This document shows positions 37,801 to 52,200 of a DNA stretch of 64,000 nt, in pieces. Below the pieces are notes generated by a model. That model saw nothing but the letters and a program-made list of their open reading frames with translations, did not search any database and was not told where the DNA came from. The stretch covers positions 17,360,001-17,424,000 of the forward strand of contig NC_043013.1 of the NCBI RefSeq assembly GCF_006345805.1, read 5' to 3'. The translations under genes and the position numbers were made by a program. The stretch's first letter is position 1, and every line of letters starts with the position of its first letter. This stretch comes from Octopus sinensis. Taxonomy: Eukaryota.

Positions 37801-38305
37801 AGGATAGCTAGAAGAGAAGAAATCACAAACTGATTTCTAATTTAGACACAAAGCCAGCAATTTTGATTGAAGCATGTTAATCAATACTATCAACCCTAGT
37901 ACTGGACTGGTATGCTATTTCAATGACCCTGGAAAGATGAAAAGCAAAGTTAACCTCAGCTGGATTTGAACTCAGAATGTAAAGGGTCAGAACAAGAACA
38001 CAGGGCAATTTACCTGATGCTCTAACAATTCTGCCAATCTGTCACCCTTGAAATTAGTTATGATAATAAAGTCTTCAGCCCCCACCCAAACCTAATTCTA
38101 AAGATTGGGTTTAGGGGGCTGAATAACACCAAAATGTTACTGGTTCATATTCTATCAGTTCTGAAAAGAGATTGATACTTGTGAGATCTGAACACTGAAT
38201 ATAGTGAGATATAACTCAATTATACCACTCAGCATTTAATCTGATTCTCTACCATTAGTGCTGTTCTAATGTTAGGTACAACTAATTTTTAACAACTGAG
38301 TGGCC

Positions 38306-38341
<36 letters not shown>

Positions 38342-38349
38342 ATATATAT

Positions 38350-39581
38350 ATTAACATTTATCGCCAAGCTAATATGACAGTCCATAAATATAGGACGAAA
38401 GCTGTCGTTGATTAGCTCCAAGAGGCCATCAATAGAATCTACAATTCTATTGATGCTGTACTCAGTATCGATGAAGCTGTGAATTATCCAGTTGAATTTT
38501 TGAATAGTCTAACACCACCTGGCCTCCCACCTCAAGATTGAGGCACCAGTTATACTCCATCGAAACCTCAATCCACCAAACCTTTGCAATGGTACACAAT
38601 TTATAATAAAGAAGATGATGCCAACAGGCTTGGAGACAACGATTTTGACTGGTAAAGCAAGCGCTGAGCCTATATTCATTCCTAAAATTCTACTTATTCC
38701 CTTGGATATGCCTTTCCAGTTCAAGTACCTGCAATTCCCATTGAAACTGAACTTTGCAATAAGCATTAACAAGGCCCAGGGGCAGTCGTTGAACATGGTA
38801 GGTTTAAACCTTGTGGAACCAGTTTTCTCCCATGGCGAACTTTATGTGGGATGCTCAAGAGCCAGCATTCCTAATCATTTGTTTATTTATGCCCCACAAA
38901 GAAAGACCAAAAATGCTGTTTAACAAGAAGTTCTGCAAACTTAATAAGATTCACCAAATCATCAGATATTTATTATTTACCTGTAATATTTGTAAGAGTT
39001 GTAAACGTATTGATAATCTACAAGTTATTTTGTTTTTAAACCTGTATGCAAATTTATTTGTATGGCTACTATAAAACTAAATGTCAGCCTGTTTCTACAT
39101 TCATTGTAAATCTATTTCAACACTAGTGCCCCTGAGGGTAATATTCTCTGGGAATGCACAAAAGCCCTTTTCAGAGTTAATTACTTTGAATTGTTAGTAT
39201 CTCATATCTGATTAGCCTGTTATTATGTAACATCTTTCACAATTTTGGTATACATACCTTATTGGTATTTCCTCCTAAGTTCTATATACTCTGGGAATGC
39301 ATTAAAGCCCTTTTTGGGGCTACTTTAGTTGAATTCTTACTATCAGGTAACTAGTTTCATATTATTACATAACTGACTTCACAATTTTGGTATTCATAAC
39401 TTATTGGGAGTTCCTAAAAACAAGATCCTATGTAAGACAGTTCGGTATTCTCTGTAAATGCACAAAAACCATTTTAAGGGCTACATACTTTGTATTACTG
39501 TTACTGGATTATTGAAACAATTTTGAGAACGGAACCAAGGGATAAGCCCACTTTTATGGGAATTACCGGGTATGTCAGCTA

Positions 39582-39582
<1 letters not shown>
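38350..39582 (+). mobile_element. 5'-truncated Helitron with a PIF1-family helicase C-terminal pseudo-ORF
   Basis: [17 protein letters not shown] / RNLNPPNLCNGT / QFPLKLNFAISINKAQGQSL...VFSHGELYVGCSR, with a frameshift; 3' end ACCGGGTATGTCAGCTAG|T at 39582. Confidence 0.9.
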
Positions 39583-39622
<40 letters not shown>

Positions 39623-40457
39623 AAAATTATATATATATATATGTATTATATATGTGTATATACACCACACACACACACACACACACAGATATATAAGAAA
39701 ATTTCTATATGTAAATATTTCAACGAGAGACTTTACATACATATATATATTTACATACATGCATACATACATACATATGAGAGAGAGAGAGAGAGAGAGG
39801 GAAACAGACAGATAAATGTATACACACACTTGTGAATACATCTATCTCCCATAAATATATATATATATATATAGTATTTAATTGAAGCAGGAAATATTTC
39901 ACAAGCTGTTACTCAGAGTTTTATATAACCAATCATTTGACAGTCATGAATATTTAGAAGAATCTAGATACTTGAGTCTGTCTGATCTGATGATTGGTTC
40001 TGTGAAACTTTTCAGATTTAATAAAATAATATTTTATTCTGCCATTGGTATTCAGATACTATTTTCTCCACCATGTTTTGCACGTATGTGCTTATGTAAA
40101 TGTGTGTGTGTATGTGTGTGCTACATAACTTCTACAGGCCATAAAAGATTGCAAATATTTAGGAGGAGTTTTTATTTAGTGTGTATTGAGAAACACTGAC
40201 CTGAAGTGTCAGTATCATTCTTTTTAAGGATTGTCAGGTGTGGTGACCCAAGTAACTTCTATGACTTTTGTGTGGCATATCTTATGTAATGTAACAAGTG
40301 TTTTGTAACAATTTTGAAGTCTGACTCAACTAATTTGAAATTTTCACTTCTTTCTTTCATTTGCTCATGATATCTTTCAATCACATTCTTTTATTTACTT
40401 TGTGCATGTGTGTGTGTGTGTAAATATACAGTGTAGCAGTATGTATATATGTACATA

Positions 40458-40680
40458 TATTTCTTTACAACATACAAGGGGATAAACATAGAGTGGACAA
40501 ACAAAGGGATTAAGTCGATTAGATCGACCCCAGTGCGTAACTGGTACTTAATTTATCGACCCCGAAAGGATGAAAGGCAAAATTGACCTTGGCGGAATTT
40601 GAACTCAGAACATAACGGTAGACGAAATACCACTAGACATTTCGCCCGGTGTGCTAACGTTTCTGCCAGCTCACCACCTT
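40458..40680 (-). mobile_element. Full-length family B SINE
   Basis: 20 bp TSD AGTATGTATATATGTACATA at 40438-40457 and 40681-40700. Confidence 0.9.
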
Positions 40681-41867
40681 AGTATGTATATATGTACATA
40701 ATACACACACACACATGTATGTATGTATGTATGAAATACATGTGTACTGTGTATTACATAAAGTGTAAATATATATATGTATTACAGTGTATTAAATACA
40801 GATCTGCATACTCTGTACAATATACATAATGTAATACATATATGTGTACACATGTATTACATACTTAGTATATAAATATGTATAATATGAACTAAATAAT
40901 TGGTGTAAATAGATGAATGTATACTGTGTATAAGATATAGCTTTTTGTTAAATTATTGTTTTAGTGGTTTAATATTTCATAAGGCCCACTGCTAGAAAAA
41001 GGTTACCATATCTGGAGTGGAGGGAAATTTGGCTGCTATTGCTAGCAAGGCAAGTAAACTATATAAGGGCTCCATCATTGTCTTATCAACAAACTATAGA
41101 TCAGGAGAAGGAGTTATACATCATTGATTTACTTGTATCAGACTGTGACTCCACCACCACCACCAACAACAATAACAACAACAACAAGGAGGTAGCCCAA
41201 AGCAATAAGGGAGTCTCTGTGTGATTGACCTGAAAGAAATAGCAGCCAAAATCTCTCTCTAACCATAACTGTCTTATAAATTGACACAGTGGGTAAAATT
41301 GTCTACAATACACAGGTCTGAAAGAATAGATGGAATGATCATGGTTAGAACAGCCTTTCATCATAAATATATATATATATATCTACTCCCATCAAGGATA
41401 ACCTGGAGCCAAAAAAACCCCCCTCAACAACAACAATAACAGTTCCTACATGGTCCTCTGAAGATTTCAAATATATGAGACTCATTAAAAATGAGAATTT
41501 AGTGAAATAAAAATCAATGCATTTTCCCACTAACACTGTTGCCAGGGCGATACAAAAAAGCTTGTGCCAATATAAAAATTTCATAAAAGTTAGAAAAGAA
41601 CAATAACATGAAAATGATAATAATAATAATAATAATAGTAATAATAATATTTCTTTACTACCCACAAGGGGCTAAACAAGGACAGACCAACGGATTAAGT
41701 CGATTACATTGACCCCAGTGTGCAACTGGTACTTAATTTATTGACCCCGAAAGGATGAAAGGCAAAGTCGACCTCGGTGGAATTTGAACTCAGAACGTAA
41801 CGGCAGACGAAATACCACTAAGCATTTCGCCCGGTGCGCTAACGTTTCTGCCAGCTCGCCACCTAAT

Positions 41868-41899
<32 letters not shown>

Positions 41900-42674
41900 A
41901 TGATAATAATTTTTTCTGATTTAGGCACAAGGCCAGCAATTTTTGAAGGGTGGGGATCAGTCAATACCACCTAACTCCTGTTTTGATAGTTTCCAAAAAA
42001 TGAAAGGCATAGTTGCCCTCAGTGGGATTTGAACTTGGAATGTAATTAAATGGAAAAAATACTCTAAAGCATGTTTTGCTCTAATGATTGTGCCATTGCA
42101 GCACCCAAACAATTTCAATAAATAATAATAATAATAATAATAACAATAGCAATAATAAAAATCCTTTCTAATTTTGGCACAAAGCCAGTAATTTCGAAGA
42201 CAGGGCCAAGTCGATTATATCAGCCCCAGTACTTCTCTAGCTTTTTTTTGTTGACTTGAAATGTTGGAAGGCAAAGTCAATCTTGGTGGCATTTGAACTC
42301 AGGATGAAAAGTGCCGGATGAAAATGCTGCTAAGCATTTTGTTTGGCACAGTAACAATTCTGCCAGCTTGCCACTTGCATTTAAATAATAATAGTAATGA
42401 CAATAATAAAACTATTCTAATAAGATTAACAATGGTTTTGCTGGACGGAACAAGACTGATATAACACTCTCTTGGACTTTGTAAATCTTATGGGGGAAAA
42501 AAAAATGATATTTTTGCAGATTTCTTCTTTTTTTTGTCTTTTGCAATAATCAGGTAATTATTGCTTGTTTACTCATCTGAGATGTAACTAGGTCAGAAAT
42601 TGATACAAGAATTATACACACACACACATACCCATACATACGTCTACATAACAGCCCACTAACTATTCTAGCTG

Positions 42675-42706
<32 letters not shown>

Positions 42707-42776
42707 GGGTATAAACTGAACTGGTGAGTGTGTTAAATAATAAGGTACTAAAAGAGAATGACTCTCCCCAGACACA

Positions 42777-42811
<35 letters not shown>

Positions 42812-43067
42812 CATACACACACACATGATTACAGCATGGCCTCAGCCGGATGGCTGAAACAAGTAAAAGAGTAAAAGAGTATACCAATATTTGCAAAAAT
42901 TGTAAAATGTGACTTTAAAATCATTGTGAATTGACAATGTATATATTTTAAAATGAAAATTATTTAATTTTAAATTTAGCAAATCTACTTTATCAATATA
43001 TTATCTTTAAGTAGCTCCAGCACCTTCTGCATAGAGCAACCATCTCTGATGTTTATTTCACCTACAA

Positions 43068-43650
43068 TTTTAAGTGTTTCTTACAAAAGAACAAGGCCTG
43101 ACTTTCGGGGAAAGAAGGTTGTTGATTAAACTGACCCCAGTATTTGAATGACACTTTATTTTTATCAACCTCTCAGCAATTTTCTTTTCTTTAATCTTAC
43201 TTATTTATCAGCCCAAAAGTGACCTCAACCTCAATGAGACTTGAACTTGGAATGTAAAGGAGTGAACAAAATGCTGCAAAATTTATTTCTTCTTCTGCAG
43301 TTTTAACGAGTATGCCAATCTACAATGAATATTGAAAACAGGCATGAAGTATGTCCGTTGAATTTAAGTGTTTCTTACAAAAGAACAAGGCCTGACTTTC
43401 GGGGAAAGAAGGTTGTTGATTAAACTGACCCCAGTATTTGAATGACACTTTATTTTTATCAACCTCTCAGCAATTTTCTTTTCTTTAATCTTACTTATTT
43501 TATCAGCCCATAAAAGTGACCTCAACCTCAATGAGACTTGAACTTGGAATGTAAAGGAGTGGAACAAAATGCTGCAAATTATTTCTTCTGCAGTTTTAAC
43601 GATTCTGCCAATCTACAATGAATATTGAACAGGCAGGAAGGATGTCGTTG
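43068..43650. repeat. Tandem duplication of a ~294 bp unit
   Basis: 43068-43360 is repeated at 43361-43650 with few differences, mostly indels. Confidence 0.9.
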
Positions 43651-44525
43651 ATTAGATTGACCCCCAGTATTTGACTGGTATGTATATTTATCAAACAAAG
43701 GGGGATTTAAACTTGGAATATAAAGTGGCAGAACTATAGATACAGCAAGGGGTTTTGTATGATACTCTAACAATCCTGCCTCCAAAACCACTGCACTACT
43801 ACTACTACTGCTGCTGTTGATGATGATGATGATGATCATCATCATCATCATCGTTTCTGCTTTAGATACAAGGCCAGTAATCTTGAGGGTAGAGGGTTTG
43901 TTGATAATAGTGATCCCAGTTCATGAATGGTTCATTACTTTACCTAAAAATATGGTAGAAGACCGTGTTTTTTTCTTTTTTGTTTTGAGAGTCTGGAGGT
44001 TTGAATAATAATAATAATAATAATGATAATAGTCATGTGTTGAGAGGAATTTTTGGGGTTTGGATAATTCACCTCTGGAAACATTGGTGTTTTGTTCAAC
44101 ATCCTTAAACAACCCTTAATCAGGGAGCTTTTGAGCAGGACAGGCTACTCGACCAGAAGAAAATTCTAACTGGGTCCCACATGCAAGGTCATGTGCTGTT
44201 TATTTTGATATGAGATCATGTCGTGCACGTATGGTTGTGATGCTTGTGCCTGGTGTACCCTTATCAGATGGGTTGTCAAGATGGGTATACTGGGCTTCGT
44301 ACATTTTATCCCAGTGTTACCTTGATGGCATGCACTGCTCTATCACTCTAGTAGTAGTAGTAGTAGTATGAAATATATGGGAATGTAATTTGGATAGTAG
44401 AAAAAACATAGCTGTGTTTGATAAAATATTACCACACCAGGCATTAGGACTTAATAAAAAAATATATCAGGGTAGAGCGAGTGTTTGTGAAAGAGAGAGA
44501 GAGAGATGAGAGAGAGATAGTTCTT

Positions 44526-44577
<52 letters not shown>

Positions 44578-45007
44578 ATATATATATAATATATATATAT
44601 ATATATGGATATATATATATATATTATGTAAAGAAAGAATTTTAAATTCAAAAAGGAAAAAAAAAGTAAATGCATTTTATAATCTCCATCATCATCAACA
44701 ACAAAATCATTTCACCATATTCACACACACTAAGTGATATAGACTTTACAAATAACCATGCATGTGTGTACCCTTACCTAGACACCATGTAGTGGTTGTA
44801 AATGAGCATCATTGTCATGCAAGTGAGGTTGTTCGTTTCCAGTCTTCTGTGAAAAACATATCTAGGTATGGGAAAATAAAACCTGGCTTATAAACAGGTG
44901 AGAAACTTGGTGACAAGAAGGACATCTGGTTGTAGAAATAAATTCCATCTGATCAATACAGATCATGATGATATATATATTGATGTTTATATGTTTATAT
45001 ATATATA

Positions 45008-45197
45008 TATAATCAAAATAAGCAACAAGGATATCCAAGGTAGAGTAGTACAATCGTTTCATGCTACTTCATTTTATTAAGCAATGTAAGCATTACATCA
45101 AAACTGATGTAATACTTACATTGTTTAATAAAATGAAGTAGCATGAAACGATTGTACTACTCTACCTTGGATATCCTTATTGCTTATTTTGATTATA
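45008..45197. repeat. 190 bp near-perfect hairpin (93 bp arms, AAAC loop), MITE-like
   Basis: Arms 45008-45100 and 45105-45197 differ at 3 positions. Confidence 0.9.
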
Positions 45198-45305
45198 ATC
45201 ACCCCGTTTGATTTATATGGATAATACCATACCAAATTCTGGTGCCTTTAACTTAAGTACCATATTCATCTGAATCTAAATTTTGCTGAACTTATAATAC
45301 CATAC

Positions 45306-45346
<41 letters not shown>

Positions 45347-46110
45347 CATATTGAGGTGGGGTGGGAAACCAAAGTCCAGTCAATCCCTTTTCTCCACTGT
45401 TTTGTTTTTTATGGCACTCACATGCACACACATGCAAATAGATTAATATTAAAAGCTATGTTTTAAATGATGCACATTTAAAGTTTGTAAACAATATTCT
45501 GAGAGCAAAAGTACCAATAAATCCACAGCATGAAATTGAACCACATACCTTTTGCTTGCCAGACAAACATTACCATTGACATTACAAAGGGCCCACAGAT
45601 TTCCTCTTCATATCTGATACAAATGTCAAAAGTAATAATTCTCACACATTTTTTTTTATCCATTCACCTTTTATAAATTCATAATATCAAAAAATACACT
45701 TTTTTAATACTTTTTCTTTCTTTTTAATGGCCTTGTGAAAGAAGAACGGTCAGCACCCATGACCTCCAAGACTGCTGGGAGTGATGGAATATCGATGCTA
45801 ACCATACTTCTTGATCCTTTTAGGTAGACCCATTGGAAGCCAATGCCTTCAGATGGGAGCCTGCCACAAAATAGAGCAGCCTTTGGTGGCGCCATTATTC
45901 TTTACTTAGGGACCTTTTATGTGAAGAGAGAATACAAATTTCTCATAAAATGAAAAAAAAAAAAAAAATTGGTGTGGCATATTTAGTTATTCATTATAAT
46001 TTTTTCTCTTTAGCAGGGTTGGACAAATGCAACAATGAACTCATGGACAAATAAATATTACAAGAGTTGAAACTGTAGAAAGAAGAACATGCAATAAGAA
46101 GGGGCGTGTT

Positions 46111-46279
46111 TCATCTGGGCTTGTAATTAGCCTGAAGCCAACGAAGAATCTCTTCCAATCCTTTACCATTCCAGGCACTTATTTCATGGACTGTAATATT
46201 TTGGGTGGAATACTGAATTATTTCTTCCAAGCGAAGGTAGTTTTCAAATTCTGGTCTTGACATTATAGTAGCCATGTCT
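46111..46279 (-). CDS. ARL16: ARL16 terminal coding exon 5 (DMATIMS...YKPR*)
   Basis: ttttatAG acceptor; phase 2 completes NK-I-D; stop at 46113-46111. Confidence 0.95.
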
Positions 46280-49200
46280 CTATAAAAAAAGAGAAGTAAA
46301 GGTATTTAATATCAATGTGATGTGAGTTGTGTAATCTGTTGGGTTGTAAGAGTAAGAACTTGGAGCCTTTACCTTCATATAGTGTACGGAGGAGAGACAG
46401 TTAGACTCTACAACTATTCAAACAATAGCTATGTAATACTAATATTTGCGTGTGCATGTGAAGCAGTGAGCTTTTATGCCAGGCAAAATGTTTAGCGGCA
46501 ATTTGTGCATCTTTACATTCTGAGTTCAAATTCAACCAAGGTCAACTTTGCCTTTCGTCCTTTTGGGGTTGATAAAATAAGTACCAGTTGAGCACTGTGG
46601 TCAATGTAATCAAATTACCCACTGCTCCAAAATTGCTGCCCTTGTGCCAAAATTTGAAAGCAATATTTGTTTGTATGTGTGAATATATAAATATAGGCAG
46701 CTATGGACACATAAGAAGTGCAATGGTATCATAGGAAGGTTAATAGAGAAAGTAGTTTTTATGTATGGTTGATGTTTCTACAGTTGGCGTTAGGAAGGGA
46801 ATTCAGCTGTGGAAACACTGCCAGATCAGACTGGAGCCTGGTGCAGCCTCCTGGCTTCCCAGACCCCGGTCAAACCGTCCAACCCATGCTAGCATGGAAA
46901 ATGGACGTTAAACGATGATGATGATGATGATGTGCAGGTACAATAAACACTAAGAAGGTACAGAAAACAGATTTCCTCAAATGTGCAGGGGTGGGGGATC
47001 CTTAGATGTAGTAGATAGCTTCTGTTATATAGTCGACCAAGTCAGCAGAGAGAGGATGCTCTGAGAGCATAGTTGCTATGGGTTGGTTGAATATATATTG
47101 TGGCATTATTTTTACAGCCAGATGCCCTTCCTTTCACTAGCCCTTACCTACTTGTCAAGTCATGGATTTCTTATTACACACATCTTTGGAGACACAAAAG
47201 AAAAATAAGAACCCAGAGACAGATACATTACAAACAGGTATAAACCAGTAATACTTACATTTTGTTCAGAAGAAGAAGGACAGGTGTATTGGTCAGTTGT
47301 TTGTCTTGTAAAATGGTCAGCAACTGTATACATGCAGCTGAGATTTGCTGTCTGTTGTTTAAATCTATCATATACTGAAACACAAAAAATACCCCAATTA
47401 GCTTTTACCCTTCATCTGTTGTCTGTCTTGCATGGAGCACAGAGTCAATCCTTACTTCAAGGAATCAGTAAGGCTCAGAAATCCCTACAAACCTCAACTA
47501 TATTTCAGTCAGTCTACATGAAAAGCTTCTATGTGGTCATTTGATCAGACAGAAATAACAGCCAAGCAAAATCTGTCTCAAATTATACGTTCCAGTTTTA
47601 GTAAAAAAATGACTCATTGGACAATGTGGTCCTAAGGACAAAAAAAAAAAAAAAGGAAACAAACATGGGATGGTCATAGATGGAATGACATTGATTGTAG
47701 GCATACTTCATCAGGACTGACCTGTGGTTCAACAACTACAAGTTAACTGTTATTACAAGGTCAATTATTAATACAATTATAATCCAGTAAACTTTTGACA
47801 AATAGTTAAATGGGGTTTCACATATTTAATATAAGTGAGTCATTCAAAATGTTCAATTAATTAAAATTACAATTAAAAATAATAATAATGAAATTATTGT
47901 ATACAGTGCTCAGGTGCACCACAACTTGTCACAAGTGCGTATAAAGAATATGCAGTAATGTACAAATGTCTGGGAAGTGAACAGTGTATGAGTCAGATAC
48001 ATGCTTGCATGTGTATGGAGCGGAGAAAAATCAGGTGTAGTGTTGGTGAATCTCAGGAAGCATGGAAGTTTTGAAGGATGCAGTGCTCCGACACTAACAA
48101 CTGATGCCGGCAGTCTGTTCCATGCTTCAGCAACTCTTAGTGTGAAAAAATGTTTCCGAAAGTCATGGGAGCTGTGCTGTTTTCTGACTTTGTAAACATG
48201 TCTACGGGTGTTTGAAAAGGTGCTCAGAGTTATTGTTTGTAAGATGGTTAATAATTTTATGGGTGTCTGCTAATTTTATAGGTGTCAGACGTCGGAGTTT
48301 CAATGTATCCATGCCCAGAGAAGTAAGGCGTTCAGAATATGGCAAATGCCTGATGGAGGGTATTCTCTTGGTTGCACGTTGCTGAACGGTTTCCAGAGGA
48401 TTAATATCCTGGGCCAGATAGGGGTTCCAGACCGGTGGTGCAAATTCCAAGTGAGGCCGTACCATAGCTATATAAAACCTCAGATAAATAGCCAGAGAGC
48501 CGCTCACAAAGGACTCGGTAGGTCATGCCAAGATACCCTCAGCCTTCTAGGTAGTGATAAGAAAAATATATTTGGCTCAATGACTCAAGCAGGTCAAGCA
48601 ATTCAAGGGAAGCAACTTTTGAAGAAAAATTACTTGCAGGTAGTGGGCAGTGAATCTGGGCTTTGATAAGTATGGTGAGATGAACCTGTATGTTTCAGTG
48701 TTATTAAAGCTCCTCGGCAAATAAGTTGGATAACACCAGTTTACTTTCTTTATTGTTTGTTTGTTATTTTTATGGAAAATATGTTCTCAAGAAATTATGC
48801 CAGTCACCTCGCCATTTTTCTTTGACATATAAAGAATGTCTTGAAGAGACTAGATGACAGAATTTCATTGTCAGAAATGAGTGAAAATAGATGCAAAAGG
48901 AACAACTTTTGGTCACGCAACAGAACTAACAAAAAAATTTAAAAAAATTTCAAATCTTGAATGTGCTGAGAAGGATTCTTTGGGGCTTGAATAAATGTAA
49001 AGAAGTTTGATGGAAATATTAGCCATTTTTCATAGTTTCTAAGGATAAGCAAATAGGAAATAACAGTCGCTATCCAAGGACAAAAATTGTGTTACACAGT
49101 ATAAAAATGATAGTAATGATAGTTTTACATACCATAAGATATTCTGTGTCTCTGAAATAACTGTGCCAAATTGGTCCCATGCAACCTCCAAGTTCTCGTA

Positions 49201-52200
49201 TAACAATGTCTATTTTTTTGCTTAATAATACACTGACCATATTTGTACCCACCTAGGAAAGAATAAATCTTATATATAATATAATATAATATAATATAAT
49301 ATAATATAATATAATATATATATATATATATATGCATGTGCACACACACACAATCCATAGACATCACACAATTTAAAGATAGGTAAACAAATAATGATAA
49401 TTAATTCTGTTAGTTTTATCATTTATGATTCAGTCTATATATAAATAGAAAAAAAAGAAATCTTTTGAGTTAAGTTTAAACACAGACATTTTAAATTAGC
49501 CTAATGCAATCATAGGTGGTATCAACAGAGCTGCAAAAATAAACATCACTTAATTTAAGAGCATCTAAACCTAAAGCATAAACTTTTTCTATCAATAAAA
49601 TATAATGTGTGCACTGTTTAGTAATTTGTTGTACTTTTGTCTTTCCCTGCTATCATGGGTTAGATGAATACATATTAAAGAGTCATTGTTTTGCTGGATG
49701 CACTTCCTGTTGCTAACCCTTATCTGTTTTTCAAGTAAGGTATCTTCTTGTCTACAAGAAAGTAGAGCTAGTGGATGATTTTGTTCACAGGGAATGACGA
49801 CAAGCACCAGTTTTTAGCTCAACCCTTTCACATGAAGATGTAAACATTCACACACACATACACACAGTATTCTTGAGGGTGACAAGCTCAGAGGAACATA
49901 GCCAAGCCACTTAGAAAAATAACTCACAATCAGAAGTTTGGTTGTTAGCTTGCTTACACTAATGTAGCTTGAGGGAGGGGGCCACAGTTGGCACTTTTAA
50001 AGGGGCTGTACTTTTGGGTCTGCTGTAGGCAATATATTTTTTTATATGGGGTCCAGGGGCAGCAAACAGAAGGGCTCCCCCCCCCCCCCAAGTAGTACAC
50101 ACTCTAGTTACGCTAGTGGCTTGCTTAATCCATAACAGTGAGTTTAGCAAAATATATTCTGCTTCATATGCGGGCTTATCAGGTTGGGATGTGCATGACA
50201 CAAACACATGGAACCATGACTGAAGAGTTTTCCATTTGAGACCTTTCTATCTTTTATTTAGAGAGTATCTTTTAGATAACATTATCCAATGTGTCAATCC
50301 ATTTTCTCAATGATCAAACTGCAAAATAGAGAAACAATAAATAATAATTTCGTTTTTGGATTTGGTTTGCAAGATTCTTTATATGAGTTCATGTGTTGAA
50401 GCATTTTCAGTCGTGTCTGGGGAGAGTCATTTTCTTTTCACTCACCGGTAAAAGAGTCAAGACTATTGAAAAGGTTGCAAGACGCAACGAAAATTTTAGG
50501 AAAATAAAAATAAGAAATAAGTGGAAATTTTACCGGTGAGTGTGTTACATTATAAGGCACAAAAAGAAAATGACTCTCCCCAGACACAACAGAATAAATA
50601 ATAAAATACGAATAAATATTAAATAAAAAATTATTTATATAAAATTAATGAAATGTTTTCTTACTGTTGGAATAGTTGCTGGAATTTCATGGAGGTTTTC
50701 AAAAGTACCTTTACTTGTACAATCAAAATTTATTAAGGAATTAACAAACATATTTGCGAGCACATAAAATGGACACATATTGTATTAAAATATGCCACAA
50801 CTAAAACAATTTCATTAAAAGACATCCAGTTCTCTATATGTTATGAGAAAATACAGTCACTCACTCTCTCTTTCTCACATGCACACACACACATACATAC
50901 ATACAAAAAATACAAAAAAAAATGCATGCAAATGTATTTATGTATGTGTATATGAAAGATAATGTGTGAGCTCGTGAAACCATCTAAACCCTGCCAGCAT
51001 GGAAAACAAATGTTAAATGATGATGATGATACATACATGTTAAGTATCTGCACAGCTTCTGTCAATGAAATTCTCCTCCTAAGGCATTAGTCAACTCAAG
51101 GCTACATTAAAAGACACTTGTCCAAACAGTTGTGTGGTGGGATTGAACTTGGAATCTCATAGTGGAGGTGATAATACAACTAGCAGGTCCTGAAGCCATT
51201 GTAGTAGAAGTGATACAAGCAGAATGAGGTTACAAAGTGTCTGAGACCCAGTGGCTGTAGTGCATAGGTGGCTGTTTTTTGCCAGTCAGATAACCATATT
51301 TCTGAATGCAACCTAGGATGGGTGTGTATATGTGTGTGTGCATGAGAGAGCGAGAGAGAGAGAGAGAGAGGGGGAGAGAGATGAACTTTGTAAAGATCAG
51401 CAGCTGATTGGAGCCAAAATATTTTCTGGCCCTGAAAAAAAAAAGCAAAAAAAAAAAGCTCTGAAATGCAGTTGTAGCTATGTAGCAAATAGAGATTGAG
51501 ATGTAGTTTCAATCCTTGCTTGAAACCAATCTGCTTCATTTGCACATCCAATGTCCTTGTTAAAGGAAGGAATTTCACTGTAGCCCACACCTGGAGAAAA
51601 TATATATGAAAAGGCCCACTCATGTCTAGTCACAAAACAAATCAAGAATTATTCCTATCTGTTTATAAGACTTCAGATAGAACTTAATTTTTGAAGAGAT
51701 TGGTTGACAAGGTCTTGACCAACCAAGATTTTGAAGAGATTGGCACACAAGGTCTTGCCCAGCCATGCTTCAAGCACATCTTTAATTGGGGTAAAATGAT
51801 TTTCATCCTACTCTTACCTGTGTGATATTTCAGTGTTAATGGTTTCGTTATGAAGAAGGGAGAACAGCCACTAGCATGGAAAGATCTATGCTAGGACCAT
51901 CGTTGTGGGAGCAGATCCGAAATGAGGAAATTTGAGAACAGAGTGGCACGAACGATATGCCTGCAGAATACCTAAAACACAAGTTCCACAGACAACAGGT
52001 GGATCCGAGCAGTAATCAATTAAAATAATAATAATAATGAAATTATTGTATACAGTGCTCAGGTGCACCACAACTTGTCAGAAAGTGCATATAAAGTGCA
52101 TGCAGTAATGTAAAAATGTCTGGAAAGCGAACAATGTATGAGTCAGTTACATGCCTGTGTGTGTATGGAGGGGAGAAATACAAGAGACCGAAAGAGGCCA

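Noticed and set aside
39985-40015. Hammerhead ribozyme-like core CTGATGA...GAAA
   Set aside because: The intervening TTGGTTCTGT cannot form stem II, and no stems I/III were found.
49981-50030. Alternative ARL16 exon 2 ending ...KVPT
   Set aside because: Weak donor (GTGGCC), wrong phase from either nearby AG, no U12 branch site.
51555-51570. U12-like branch motif TTCCTTTAAC on the minus strand
   Set aside because: AG follows after only ~3 nt, and the downstream sequence shows no ARL16 similarity or suitable donor.
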